64,000 nucleotides of DNA from Oculatellaceae cyanobacterium bins.114 (GCA_033764315.1 JANRJA010000023.1:32001-96000), one strand, 5' to 3'. Counted from the stretch's first letter, positions 38,726 to 49,169 are shown. Translations and numbers: made by a program. Notes: generated from the letters alone by a model not told the origin.

Positions 38726-40570
38726 ATGAGCGATCGCCCTCTCAACCTCATGCTGATCGATGATGACCCAGTATTTCGGCTGGGGTTGAGGTTTTGGCTG
38801 AATCAATTTTCTGATCTCACCGTGTTGGCTGAGAGTGATAGCGGCATCCAGGCATTAGAGCAATTGCAAACTCCAGCAACAACGAGTGCAGACAGGGCTG
38901 AACCTGGACAACCCGTTGCTGGGTTGCATGAGCAGTTAAATCTGGTGATTCTGAGTATCAGTTTGGGACAGAGTGATCTCAGTCAAATGCAGGGGTTAAG
39001 CCTGTGTAAGGAGATACGACAGCGTTATCCTCAGTTGCCCGTGCTGGTGCTGAGTGCCTTTGCAGAGCCACTCATGGTTGCCGCCGCACAGCAAGTCGGA
39101 GCGACCGGGTTTTGTCTTAAATCAGTCAACACAACCGCTCTGAGCCAGATCATTCGACAGGTGGCGATGGGTGAGTTTGATTGGCAAATCACCCCTGCCA
39201 GGGTTGAGCAAGCTGAGATACGAGCTAGTGCTCCCCGTGAGGAAGCTCCTCCTCTTAGCCGCCCCGATACATCTCTGACTCCTCAACCTGTGCAAAATCC
39301 CAGTCCGTTGGTGGTGTTACGGCGTAATTTGCGCTTACAGGGGTTGCAGCAGATTGATGGAGCGATCGCAGAGCTAACTGAACAACTCCAAAACCTAGAT
39401 TTATCGTTGCTTAACCGAGCCGTTTTAGCCGGACGTTATCGAGAGCTACGAGCGTCACGCTGGTTAGTGCAACGATTATTAGCCACTCCAGATCTCTCCA
39501 GTTCACCTGCCAACTCAGAGAGAGCCGAGACCCAAATTATTCCTGCTGAGGCTGAGTCAGCCTTAACCAGAACATCTACAAGCGTCCCGTTGTTGAATGC
39601 GGTGATCGATCACCACCGATTGCAAGCGGTGTTGTTTGATCGAGCACTGTCAAACATTCAAACCAGTCTGCACAATCAAACAGGAACAGCTCTAGAAATC
39701 GATATTTTGCGTGAAGACAAAAAACGAGAACTGTTCTATTTAATCTTGCGAAAATTTGAAGACTTGTTGAACGAGTTGCGTTATTCTCAAGTGCAACCTG
39801 GGCAGTTATTAGAAAAGCGATCGCCAATTTTATTAAATTTATGGCAAGAGGTGACGACTGATTTTATTGGCAAATATTACACCGTTTCAGTTAAAAATCA
39901 GGCGATCGAGGTGGTTTCTAATTTGGTGCAAGCTGCCGATTTTATGCAAGCAGAGGTTTTAGAGAAAATCCCTTTTGTCACAGATCTATTAGAGCATTTG
40001 TTATTTCATACTCCATTGTTGGTGAATGGAACACCATATCCGGCTGGCAATCCAGAATCACTGACCAGAGCAGAAGCTCTCTTGGATCATTTATTGATTC
40101 AAATTGCTAATGGTGTGATGCAACCGCTCTTAAACCAGTTTCCTAATATCGAAGAAATTAAACAAGATTTTTATGATCGGCAGTTGATGTCTAACCGAGA
40201 AATTGAACGATTTAGAAACAATTTATCCTGGCGATATCGGTTAGACCGAATTGTAGTTGAACCGAGTGATATTTTTGAAAGCCAATACCGATTGTGGGTA
40301 TTTCAAGGAGCGGGCATCAAGCAAATGGAGATTTATGCGCCCCGTAACCACGAGTTAGAAGACCTCTCTGGAGTGCGATTGCTCGTGACCCTGGCCCTCG
40401 AAACCCGTGATGCGATCGCCCCGCGATTGCGATCAGCCATTTCTGTGGTGGGAAGCAGTTTAGTGTATGTACTAACTGAAGTGCTGGGGCGGGGCATTGG
40501 GTTAATCGGACGTGGCGTTCTCAAAGGGATTGGCTACTGGCAAGAGGGCGATCGGGCGAAGAGAAGATAG
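38726..40570 (+). CDS. Receiver-like domain plus DUF3685 (Ycf55-like) protein
   Basis: N-terminal LMLIDDDPVFRLGL; C-terminal SNREIERFRNNLSW and ETRDAIAPRL. Confidence 0.85.
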   Translation: MSDRPLNLMLIDDDPVFRLGLRFWLNQFSDLTVLAESDSGIQALEQLQTPATTSADRAEPGQPVAGLHEQLNLVILSISLGQSDLSQMQGLSLCKEIRQRYPQLPVLVLSAFAEPLMVAAAQQVGATGFCLKSVNTTALSQIIRQVAMGEFDWQITPARVEQAEIRASAPREEAPPLSRPDTSLTPQPVQNPSPLVVLRRNLRLQGLQQIDGAIAELTEQLQNLDLSLLNRAVLAGRYRELRASRWLVQRLLATPDLSSSPANSERAETQIIPAEAESALTRTSTSVPLLNAVIDHHRLQAVLFDRALSNIQTSLHNQTGTALEIDILREDKKRELFYLILRKFEDLLNELRYSQVQPGQLLEKRSPILLNLWQEVTTDFIGKYYTVSVKNQAIEVVSNLVQAADFMQAEVLEKIPFVTDLLEHLLFHTPLLVNGTPYPAGNPESLTRAEALLDHLLIQIANGVMQPLLNQFPNIEEIKQDFYDRQLMSNREIERFRNNLSWRYRLDRIVVEPSDIFESQYRLWVFQGAGIKQMEIYAPRNHELEDLSGVRLLVTLALETRDAIAPRLRSAISVVGSSLVYVLTEVLGRGIGLIGRGVLKGIGYWQEGDRAKRR

Positions 40571-40639
40571 AAAAAAGCAAATTTGGGCTACGAATGCTAG
40601 ACAATGACAGAGGTAGCCTTTCATGAATCGAGAGTTGTA

Positions 40640-41218
40640 ATGGCTTTCTGTCGCTCTTTAATCTCTAAAGCCCTCTCTAAGCTGGTCGTTACTCTTGTGC
40701 TTGGGATTGTGTGTTTCCTGATGCTAGGGACTCCTAGTGCACTGGCGGTGTTAAATGATGACCACTATGACGGCAATATTTATCCACTGTATGCCGGTAA
40801 TGGTTATCTGGTGCCACCTCGCGTCACGCTGGCTCAGTCTCTCAAAGCAGAAACTCCTACGATCCTCGTTTTCTATATCGATGACAGCAGCGACTGCAAA
40901 CTCTTTGCCCCCGTTGTCTCTCAACTAGATGCGTTTTATGGACGGGCGGCCAATATTTTGCCTGTGAGTGTTGATATGCTTCCGGTTAAGGCAGAGTATG
41001 ACCCAACTGAACCAGCCTATTATTACAAAGGTTTAGTGCCCCAAGTCCTCGTGTTTGATCAAGCTGGGAAAGTCGTGTTAGACGAAACTGGGATGATTGC
41101 CTTTGAAAAAATTGATGATGTCTTGCGACAAGTCTTTGATTTGTTGCCCCGGGCTGAATCGACTGAACTCAGACGACGAGTGGTCAATGAAATCAATACT
41201 GAGTTGGTGCCTAACTGA
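40640..41218 (+). CDS. Thioredoxin-fold thylakoid protein (photosystem I accumulation factor type)
   Basis: DDHYDGNIYPLYAGNG, FYIDDSSDCK and YYKGLVPQ. Confidence 0.75.
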   Translation: MAFCRSLISKALSKLVVTLVLGIVCFLMLGTPSALAVLNDDHYDGNIYPLYAGNGYLVPPRVTLAQSLKAETPTILVFYIDDSSDCKLFAPVVSQLDAFYGRAANILPVSVDMLPVKAEYDPTEPAYYYKGLVPQVLVFDQAGKVVLDETGMIAFEKIDDVLRQVFDLLPRAESTELRRRVVNEINTELVPN

Positions 41219-41266
41219 GGTTTAATGACGTAGGGCTTGTCGTAATTACTCACTCACATCAAACCT

Positions 41267-42673
41267 ATGGACTCGGTCTGGCAACAGCTCACCTTAATGA
41301 ATCTATCGCCTCGGCAGTGGGTCAGGGCAAGCTATCTGCACCGTCTGGTTGGGATATTGCAGACGTGGCGGCAAGGCAGTTGGCTGATGCAATGGGCAGA
41401 CCCGCTAGGTCTGGTATTGGTGGTGACGGTGGTTGGCTTGGCCCCATTTATATCAACCACGTTAATTGGGCTGTTATTGTTAGCATGTGCGGCTTTTTGG
41501 GTGCTGCTGACGCTATCGGATGACGCGGGCTTGGGCTTGACCCCTATCCACTTATTGGTGGCTTTGTATTGGGGTATCTCGGTGATTGCTACGGCACTCT
41601 CTCCGGTTAAAACAGCAGCCCTTGAGGGCTTGATCAAGCTGACGCTCTATATTCTTTTCTTTATTTTGATGGCGCGATTATTGCGATCGCCCAGGCTCCG
41701 TTCAGTGTTGATCACGGTCTATCTCCATGTGGCATTGCTGATCAGTGTGGTGGGGTTGCGCCAGTGGCTTTTTGGGGCTGATGCCTTGGCAACCTGGGTT
41801 GATCCTGAGTCAACCTTGGCAGGTACGACGCGAGTCTATAGCTATTTAGGCAACCCTAACCTGTTAGCGGCTTATCTGGTGCCAGCTGTGGTCTTTAGTG
41901 GGGCGGCAGTGTTTGCCTGGAAGAATGTGACCGCCAAGCTGTTGGCAGTCATGATGTGTCTGGTTAATGCGGCTTGTTTGGTATTGACCTTTAGTCGGGG
42001 CGGTTGGATTGGTCTGGTTGTTGCCAGTTTTGTCTCACTGATCTTGTTGGTGCGCTGGTCGAGTATTCATCTGCCTCGATTTTGGCGACGCTGGGCATTG
42101 CCGCTGGTGCTGGGAGTGTCAGCCGCGTTTGTCATCGTAGCGGTGGCAACAGTAGCTCCCTTACGCGATCGCTTCTTTAGCATTTTTGAGGGACGCGAAG
42201 ATAGCAGCAACAACTTTCGACTCAATGTATGGGCGGCGGTGCAAGAGATGATTCGCGATCGCCCCATTTTGGGTATTGGTCCCGGTAATGATGCTTTCAA
42301 CTACGTCTACCCTCGCTATCAGCGCACAGGCTTCACAGCGTTGAGTGCTTATTCAATTTTTCTAGAAATTTTGGTCGAGACTGGGTTCATTGGCTTCAGT
42401 TGCTTTCTCTGGTTACTGCTGGTGACGCTTAACCAGGGATGGTCTCGCTTGCAGCAGATGCGGCAAACCAGCGATCGCGAAGGCTATTGGCTCATGGCTG
42501 CGATCGCCACAATGACAGGAATGTTGGCACATGGACTGGTGGATACAGTGTGGTATCGCCCGCAAGTCAGCACCCTTTGGTGGTTGATGATCGCGATCGT
42601 CGCGAGCTATTACTGGGTCGATTCCAGCAGATCTGCGGCTGCTGTTGCAGCCACAGATAACCCTGAGCAGTAG
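41267..42673 (+). CDS. ictB: IctB family O-antigen-ligase-like membrane protein
   Basis: LATWVDP, RVYSYLGNPNLLA, DSSNNFRLNVW, GIGPGNDAFN and DTVWYRP. Confidence 0.9.
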   Translation: MDSVWQQLTLMNLSPRQWVRASYLHRLVGILQTWRQGSWLMQWADPLGLVLVVTVVGLAPFISTTLIGLLLLACAAFWVLLTLSDDAGLGLTPIHLLVALYWGISVIATALSPVKTAALEGLIKLTLYILFFILMARLLRSPRLRSVLITVYLHVALLISVVGLRQWLFGADALATWVDPESTLAGTTRVYSYLGNPNLLAAYLVPAVVFSGAAVFAWKNVTAKLLAVMMCLVNAACLVLTFSRGGWIGLVVASFVSLILLVRWSSIHLPRFWRRWALPLVLGVSAAFVIVAVATVAPLRDRFFSIFEGREDSSNNFRLNVWAAVQEMIRDRPILGIGPGNDAFNYVYPRYQRTGFTALSAYSIFLEILVETGFIGFSCFLWLLLVTLNQGWSRLQQMRQTSDREGYWLMAAIATMTGMLAHGLVDTVWYRPQVSTLWWLMIAIVASYYWVDSSRSAAAVAATDNPEQ

Positions 42674-42746
42674 CAACCAAGAAGCCGAAGATCTGACGCT
42701 CATTCTCAGCTAACTTGTTATCCTTCATCCCCTGGCTTTCAGCCTT

Positions 42747-43172
42747 TTATAAGGGTGCTCCGCCATTTAACCGCTCCCACATAAAGAAGAGCGATCGCGG
42801 CAATCCAGCAGGAGGAAAGCTGCTTTCTGGGCAAAGTTGTTTCCCTGCAACACTCATAATCTGGTTATGAACAAATGATTCCTCGTGTGTAGCAAATTGG
42901 GATGCTATTTGCTCAGTAATTATCTTGATGTTGCCACCTCGTCTCAGCGATTCACAGACGCGATCGCCATACTGCCAAATCTCTTCGTCTGACAATTGCC
43001 CCAATGCGGTGAGATAAACCTCTGCTTGAGAATAGGGCATCCCATTGTAAATATCTTGAACCACTTGCTCTCTAAAATCGCTGGGTGAAATGGCCGGTGT
43101 GCTTGAGCGACTGGAGCAACTGGTCATTAAAGCTACAAGTAATCCGATGGGAATCAAGAGACGACAGCGCAT
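42747..43172 (-). CDS. Putative lipoprotein with a DUF732-like Cys pair
   Basis: Lipobox-like LMTS-C; GDRVCESLRRG ... LCPE. Confidence 0.65.
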   Translation of the reverse strand: MRCRLLIPIGLLVALMTSCSSRSSTPAISPSDFREQVVQDIYNGMPYSQAEVYLTALGQLSDEEIWQYGDRVCESLRRGGNIKIITEQIASQFATHEESFVHNQIMSVAGKQLCPESSFPPAGLPRSLFFMWERLNGGAPL

Positions 43173-43306
43173 TAATGAAGATATCAAAGTAGGGGCGATC
43201 GCTTGAAAACATAAATAAGGAACTGCATCTTAACAAAATTGTTGGATGCGGAGGGGCAATTGAGAAATCGGAGTAGCATGGTGTTACCGCGTGTCGGGCT
43301 AGTCAT

Positions 43307-44083
43307 ATGTCTCAAGAAACTCTGACCTCAGCAGATCTGGTCATTCCTGATATCAGCCACATTGTCACCGAAGACGATACCCCTGTGGATAACTTTCAGT
43401 CTGAGAAGCAACAACGACTGCTCGTAGAACCGCTCTACAGTTCTCAAATTGTGCCTGCCCCATTCATCGCAGCGGCAAATGTGGGCTTGTTCTATGCACT
43501 GAAACAGCCACCGATTGTGCCAGATGCGTTTTTAAGTTTGCGGGTGCAAGTGCCCTCTGATTGGAGCCAGAAACAAAACCGCTCCTACTTTAGTTGGGAG
43601 TTTGGCAAGATGCCGGAAGTCTGTATCGAGGTCGTCTCCAATCGAGAAGGTGATGAACTGAACCGCAAAAAGCAGCTTTATGCCCAAATCGGAGTGGCTT
43701 ACTATGTCGTGTTTGATCCCCTGCGACAGTTGCAAGAATCACACCAAATGAATGGTTCACTGTTGCGGGTGTGGAGGTTGACGGGAGGGCAGTATGTCGA
43801 ATTAACGGCAGAACAAATTCTTAACGTGGAGCAATCGGTTTGGCTTGAAACGGTTGGGGTTGGCTTGACTCTCTGGGAAGGAGAATTTGAGGGAGTGGAA
43901 GGGTTATGGCTGCGGTGGTGTCAGCAGGATGGGCGATTAATTCCTACGGGAAAGGAGCGGGCTGACCAAGAGCAACAACGTGCCGACCAAGAGCAACAAC
44001 GTGCTGACCAAGAGCAACAACGCGCTGAGAAGCTAGCAGAGCGGCTGCGGGCAATGGGAATTGACCCAAATGAGGTGTTATAA
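43307..44083 (+). CDS. Uma2 family endonuclease with C-terminal coiled-coil repeats
   Basis: EDDTPVDN, PDAFL, PEVCIEVVS, YYVVFDP, WLRW and (ADQEQQR)3. Confidence 0.9.
   Translation: MSQETLTSADLVIPDISHIVTEDDTPVDNFQSEKQQRLLVEPLYSSQIVPAPFIAAANVGLFYALKQPPIVPDAFLSLRVQVPSDWSQKQNRSYFSWEFGKMPEVCIEVVSNREGDELNRKKQLYAQIGVAYYVVFDPLRQLQESHQMNGSLLRVWRLTGGQYVELTAEQILNVEQSVWLETVGVGLTLWEGEFEGVEGLWLRWCQQDGRLIPTGKERADQEQQRADQEQQRADQEQQRAEKLAERLRAMGIDPNEVL
43961..44023 (+). repeat. 3 x 21-bp in-frame tandem repeat (ADQEQQR)
   Basis: gcYgaccaagagcaacaacgY repeated three times. Confidence 0.9.
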
Positions 44084-44109
44084 ACAGAGGTGCCCTAACT
44101 GCGATCGCT

Positions 44110-47100
44110 ATGCGAATCACAATTGATCTCAACTTAAGCTCTGAGGTAGACCAGGAGACATTATTTCAGGGTTTGACTGTTTGGCAACAGTTGGGATTAT
44201 TATCGGATGCGCAAATCCGGCAATTGTGTGAAACCTATTTATCGGTTCCCTTACCTCCTTTGCCTGTTCGTCCTGATGGGCTATTGCCTACCCCTGCGAT
44301 CGCCACTGCAACAGATTTTGTGGCAGTAGAGACAACGCCTGAGCCAGTGCGATCGCGGCTCTCGGTAAAACGCCCCAGCCACTCAGGTGACTCTGTCTCA
44401 CTGATCCCTCGGTTGTTGCAGTCCTTTGTCGCCGAGATTAGCGTTATCTGGTTGCTGTTTCTGGGAGTATTTCTTGTTGTTGTCTCCTCTGGGGTTTTGG
44501 CGGCGACGCAATGGCGAAATTTTCCTCCTATCGGGCAATATGGCATTTTGTTTGCCTACACGCTGGCTTTTTGGGGAGTCAGTGTGTTGCTTGGGCGGCA
44601 AGAACGGTTGCAACTGACTGCCCGGATGTTGTCGATCGCCACGCTGCTGATCATCCCTGTCAATTTCTGGATGATGGATGGGTTGCGGGTGGGGCAAAGC
44701 TTGGTTGGGTTAGCCGTAACCGCGATCGCCTCTGGGGTCTTAGCTTTTATGACCCTTCAAATTCTGCGGCCAACCTCAATGGTGCTCATTGGCAATGCGA
44801 TCGCTTTAAGTGTGTTGCATTGGGGCTGGGGATGGGCTGGGGTGCCGCTGATAGCAACCTATGTGGGCGCGATTGGAACTGCTTTTTGTCTACTGCGATC
44901 GCCACCACAAGAGCAACCCTCCGGTGCTTCCTCAGAACCCCCTCCATCTTTTTCTCTGGCGAGAATTGCGATCGCCTTTGCGGTCTTGCTGCTGATCGGT
45001 CGAGCCATATTTGCGGCGCAGGTGCCCCCCAGTCAGTTGGGGTTAGCATTTGGGATTTGCGGTTGGTTGCTCAATCGGTTATCGCGTCCAATGCCTAACT
45101 CAGTCATTTTGGGACGGGTGGGAGCAGCGTTGTTGATCTTGGGCTGGCTGGTGTCCGTTACTGAGGAACCGCCCTGGCAAGCGATCGCCGTTAGTGGTTT
45201 GGGCTTGGGGTTGCTCTGGCGCAACTTGCGACAGCATTGGCGACGGAGTGAGTTGACAGCGTTGCTCTTTGTCGGATTTCAGGCGTTTTGGTTATTGTGG
45301 TTTGTTGTCCCCTGGGCATGGCGACAGGGCATCTTGATGACTGCCAGTGCGATCGCCGATTCTGTGAGTGCTCCGGAACTGGCTAGTCTGGGTGGCTTTG
45401 TCTATGTTGCAGGTATGGTTGGGTTGGCCATTAGGTTGCGACGACAACACCCCTCGTTAGCGCAGCACACTGAAGGGATGGCGTTAGTGTTGGGCGGTTT
45501 GATGGTGCTGCTGAGTTGGGCTGTGCCACTGGTGCGATCGCTCAATCTGTTGATCGCAGTCTTGCTTTTAGTAGGGGTGATTCGCGATCGCCCCGCTCAG
45601 CGATTTGGCATCTACTTGACCCATGCGATTGGGCTGGCAGCTTTGCTCTCGTGGGTTGAAACGTTGTTTCCTGATCTGAACGAAATCACTGGAGCAGCCA
45701 TTCTTCTCATGTTGATGGTGGCGGAATGGATGATCAGCATCGTTCCAGTGGCGTTGTTGTGGCGGCAAAGTGCCTGGTATCTAGGGCTGATTTTGGCGGC
45801 TCTAACGTATCCCTTGCTCTGGGCAACCGATCCCCTAACCTCCTGGAACTTGATTGGGTTAGCCACACCCATCATGCTCACTGTCGTGGCTAGCCGCCCA
45901 TTAGCTGTGCAACCTCGTATTGCGGCTTGGTTAACCGTTCCTGCGTTGGTCTTGCAACTATTAATTCTGAATGCTCTGTCTCCCCAAATCATGACGTTTG
46001 GCGTGGGCACGCTGTTACTCTGGGTCAACTCTCGGCAGTTGCGATCGCTGGTATTGGCAATTCTCACGGTGGGTTTTGGGTTGAGTTGTGTCAGCACCTG
46101 GGTTTATCAAGCATTTTCGACTCAACTGACAATGCAGTGGGCTACGCTGCTACTGGCGATCGCCTTAACAGTCTTGTGGAGCTTGCGAGGTTGGCTTCAA
46201 CGCCGACCCACTCCTATGCATACCCTATATGCGATCGCAACCGATGGTTGGGCGATCGGGCTGTGTAGTGTGCTGTTGCTGATTTTGACCGTCAATGTTG
46301 TCAGTGGGTATGGAGACTTTGAGACGGTTACAGGCTTGTTTCTTTGGGCAGCGGGACTGACAACAGGGGCACTGGTCTATCGGCTATGGGAACAACCAGC
46401 CGAATTGGGATTGTGGGGCTTGGCATGGGCAGTGGAGGTTTGGGTTGCGGGCGCGCTGCTGTACCTGAATCCGGCTGCAACAATCACACCCTTGGCGATC
46501 GCCACTCTAGCCTTGGGGTTTGTCACACAATTGGCAGGAGACGGGTGGGTTGCGTTTCGACGGGGTGTTTATCAAAATAGCTGGCACGCTATTCCCCTCA
46601 CTTATGGCGTGTTAGGACTGCTCCTGTCGCACTCCACCTACACCGAATTCACCGGGCTGTATACCTTAGCGGCGGCTTTAATCTGGGTTGGGGTCGGGCG
46701 ACGGCAACCCTTCTTGCAGCCGATCACCTATCTTGCTTTGGCAGGGGTGTCGATCGCGTTTTATGAGTTGCTAATTTACCAACTTTTGCAAGCTCAAGGA
46801 GGCAATGCTGGGGATGGCATCACCTTGTTAGCAGGATTGGCGATTTTGATTGCGGTGGGCGATCGCCTCCTCAGTCGATGGCTACTATCTTACTTGCGCC
46901 TTGACTGCCGAGGATTGAGCACCATTGCTGACGTGCATTGGCTATTGGGCAGCGGGTTAGCCCTTCTCGCTGTCTTCTCATCCCCCAGCGAAACCGGATT
47001 TTCCCTGTGGCTGGGGGTTTCAACTGCTCTAGCGGCCTATGCTCTAGCCAATGGCAACCGCTACTTGAGGACAGACGCGATTAATCGCGCCCCTATTACC

Positions 47101-48030
47101 TCTCCATACTCCACCAGCCAACCCCCAACCCCCGTATCCCACTCCCCACTCCCCAGTACGGGCGCGATTAATCGCGTCCCTTCCTACGCCCCTTCTCCCG
47201 AAGCGTGGACTTATGCAGGCATCATCGAAGCCTTTCTCTTAATCACCTACGCTCTTTATCGTTTGTTGCCTGATCCCCAGATTCTCACCGCTTGGGGAGG
47301 GGCGATCGCCGCTGTTCTCTGTCTCTTTTTACATCCTCTGCCGTGGCAGCGTTGGGGCTGGTCTGCTCAACCCTGGAAGCAGACAACGGCTGTATTACCG
47401 GGGCTGGTCGCGGCATTAACATGTTGGGGAATTGCTCTGCAAACGTTGCTAATTGTCGGCGCGTTTTATGCCTGGTTAGCCAAAACCCAGGGACAGTTAC
47501 GCCTCAGCTACATCAGCGTTCTTTTGCTCGATTGGGCTATGCTGCGGTTTCTCAACCATCAGGGGTGGACAGAACCCGTGTGGATCAGCACAATTGTTGG
47601 CTGCTCAGTGCTGTATGTCGTGCAGATTGACCCAGAGTTGCAGGAACAGAGCGATCGGGAGAACCGACATCTACTGCGGCTCTTGGCAACGGGTTTAATC
47701 TGCCTAACGGCTCTCTATCAAGCTGAAATCGAACTGCAACTAACAGCGATCGTGTTTGCATTACTTACTTTGGGACTCAGTGTTGGACTGATTCTGCTAG
47801 GTATTGTGCTGCGAGTTCGAGCATTTTTGTATGTTGGAACCGCCACGTTCATCTTTCGTGTATTGCGGCTGTTGTGGTTATTTGTCAGCAGTTACTCTGC
47901 GTTGCTCTGGGCAGTAGGCATTGTGTTAGGGTTAATTTTTATTTGGATTGCCGCAACCTTTGAAGCTCGCCGCACCCAGGTCAACATCTTGATGCAAACT
48001 TGGACGGCAGAATTGTCTGTTTGGGAATGA
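44110..48030 (+). CDS. Large polytopic membrane protein (DUF2157-like)
   Basis: WQQLGLLSD, EISVIWLLFLGVFLVVVSSGVLAA, PVNFW and the C-terminal RAFLYVGTATF / IWIAATFE; many TM segments. Confidence 0.8.
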   Translation: MRITIDLNLSSEVDQETLFQGLTVWQQLGLLSDAQIRQLCETYLSVPLPPLPVRPDGLLPTPAIATATDFVAVETTPEPVRSRLSVKRPSHSGDSVSLIPRLLQSFVAEISVIWLLFLGVFLVVVSSGVLAATQWRNFPPIGQYGILFAYTLAFWGVSVLLGRQERLQLTARMLSIATLLIIPVNFWMMDGLRVGQSLVGLAVTAIASGVLAFMTLQILRPTSMVLIGNAIALSVLHWGWGWAGVPLIATYVGAIGTAFCLLRSPPQEQPSGASSEPPPSFSLARIAIAFAVLLLIGRAIFAAQVPPSQLGLAFGICGWLLNRLSRPMPNSVILGRVGAALLILGWLVSVTEEPPWQAIAVSGLGLGLLWRNLRQHWRRSELTALLFVGFQAFWLLWFVVPWAWRQGILMTASAIADSVSAPELASLGGFVYVAGMVGLAIRLRRQHPSLAQHTEGMALVLGGLMVLLSWAVPLVRSLNLLIAVLLLVGVIRDRPAQRFGIYLTHAIGLAALLSWVETLFPDLNEITGAAILLMLMVAEWMISIVPVALLWRQSAWYLGLILAALTYPLLWATDPLTSWNLIGLATPIMLTVVASRPLAVQPRIAAWLTVPALVLQLLILNALSPQIMTFGVGTLLLWVNSRQLRSLVLAILTVGFGLSCVSTWVYQAFSTQLTMQWATLLLAIALTVLWSLRGWLQRRPTPMHTLYAIATDGWAIGLCSVLLLILTVNVVSGYGDFETVTGLFLWAAGLTTGALVYRLWEQPAELGLWGLAWAVEVWVAGALLYLNPAATITPLAIATLALGFVTQLAGDGWVAFRRGVYQNSWHAIPLTYGVLGLLLSHSTYTEFTGLYTLAAALIWVGVGRRQPFLQPITYLALAGVSIAFYELLIYQLLQAQGGNAGDGITLLAGLAILIAVGDRLLSRWLLSYLRLDCRGLSTIADVHWLLGSGLALLAVFSSPSETGFSLWLGVSTALAAYALANGNRYLRTDAINRAPITSPYSTSQPPTPVSHSPLPSTGAINRVPSYAPSPEAWTYAGIIEAFLLITYALYRLLPDPQILTAWGGAIAAVLCLFLHPLPWQRWGWSAQPWKQTTAVLPGLVAALTCWGIALQTLLIVGAFYAWLAKTQGQLRLSYISVLLLDWAMLRFLNHQGWTEPVWISTIVGCSVLYVVQIDPELQEQSDRENRHLLRLLATGLICLTALYQAEIELQLTAIVFALLTLGLSVGLILLGIVLRVRAFLYVGTATFIFRVLRLLWLFVSSYSALLWAVGIVLGLIFIWIAATFEARRTQVNILMQTWTAELSVWE
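47069..47183 (+). repeat. Two REP-like palindromes plus STRR1-like CCCCACT repeats, in frame within the CDS
   Basis: acagacgcgattaatcgcgcccctat ... cccactccccactcccca gtacgggcgcgattaatcgcgtccc. Confidence 0.8.
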
Positions 48031-48138
48031 CTCAAACGGGTGACTCGAACAGGTGAATCAACAGGGTAAATCTAACGTTAAGATAGTGTTTGGTTTGATT
48101 AAGATCGTATTTAGTTGATTTACTAACGGGAACCGCCT

Positions 48139-48930
48139 GTGCTGAATACCCTGATTGCCGACTTTCGCATCATCTTTGATCGCGACCCCGCTGCCCGCAA
48201 CTGGTTAGAGGTGCTGTTTTGCTATCCTGGGCTTCAGGCATTGGTGTTTCACCGCTTTGCCCATCAGCTTTATCGCTGGCACATGCCCTTTATTCCCCGC
48301 TTGATGTCTCATATTGCCCGCTTCCTCACAGGCATTGAGATTCACCCTGGTGCAGCGATCGGGCGAGGTGTGTTTATTGACCACGGCATGGGCGTTGTGA
48401 TTGGCGAAACGGCGATCGTAGGCAACTATGCCCTGATTTATCAAGGGGTGACGCTAGGCGGCACAGGTAAGCAGAGCGGCAAACGCCACCCGACCTTGGG
48501 CGAAAATGTGGTTGTCGGTGCTGGAGCAAAGGTTTTAGGGAATCTGCAAATTGGTGATAATGTTCGCATTGGGGCAGGCTCTGTCGTGTTGCGCGACGTG
48601 CCCTCAGATTGCACGGTTGTGGGTGTACCAGGACGCATTGTTTATCGATCTGGAGAACGAGTGGGGCCGTTGGAACACGGTAGATTGCCTGACTCTGAAG
48701 CACAGGTGATTCGGGCACTGGTCGATCGCATTGAAGCCCTCGAACATCAGTTAAAAGCACTTCAACCCGCTAAACCTCAAGCCCTGATTGAGCCTATCCC
48801 CGTGTTTGCGTCGGTTTCTCGCGCAGATGCAACGGACTCTACATCTGATGATTCAGACATCGATCACGCCACTGCCTGTCGTCTGCGGGACAAAGTCATC
48901 GAAGAATTTTTGAACGGCTCTGGAATTTGA
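48139..48930 (+). CDS. cysE: Serine O-acetyltransferase
   Basis: RDPAARN, TGIEIHPGA, FIDHGMGVVIGETA and GKRHPTLG. Confidence 0.96.
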   Translation: MLNTLIADFRIIFDRDPAARNWLEVLFCYPGLQALVFHRFAHQLYRWHMPFIPRLMSHIARFLTGIEIHPGAAIGRGVFIDHGMGVVIGETAIVGNYALIYQGVTLGGTGKQSGKRHPTLGENVVVGAGAKVLGNLQIGDNVRIGAGSVVLRDVPSDCTVVGVPGRIVYRSGERVGPLEHGRLPDSEAQVIRALVDRIEALEHQLKALQPAKPQALIEPIPVFASVSRADATDSTSDDSDIDHATACRLRDKVIEEFLNGSGI

Positions 48931-49002
48931 AAAGGTTGATAGCGTTAATAGTCAATGGTCAATCGTTAATTGTCCATGACGCGATGTGCAACTTAGAGGT
49001 TT

Positions 49003-49069
49003 AGATCCCCGGTTTCTCGTGGAGCATCTTCAAAGGGGTCTGACAAACCTCACCAGAAACCGGGGAGCT
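49003..49069. repeat. REP-like long hairpin AGATCCCCGGTTTC...GAAACCGGGGAGCT
   Basis: Inverted repeat at the left border of the AT-rich islet; second copy at 13025-13090. Confidence 0.7.
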
Positions 49070-49169
49070 GGAGGGAATCCTGCACCGAGTCAATAGTCAG
49101 TGGAACGATCTGTTCAAATTTAAAAGTTTTAACCGTAAGGGATACAGCCGTTTGGCAATAGGCGCAACA

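Noticed and set aside
43961-44023. Direct repeats resembling a mini-CRISPR
   Set aside because: There are no spacers; these are in-frame coiled-coil repeats typical of Uma2 C-termini.
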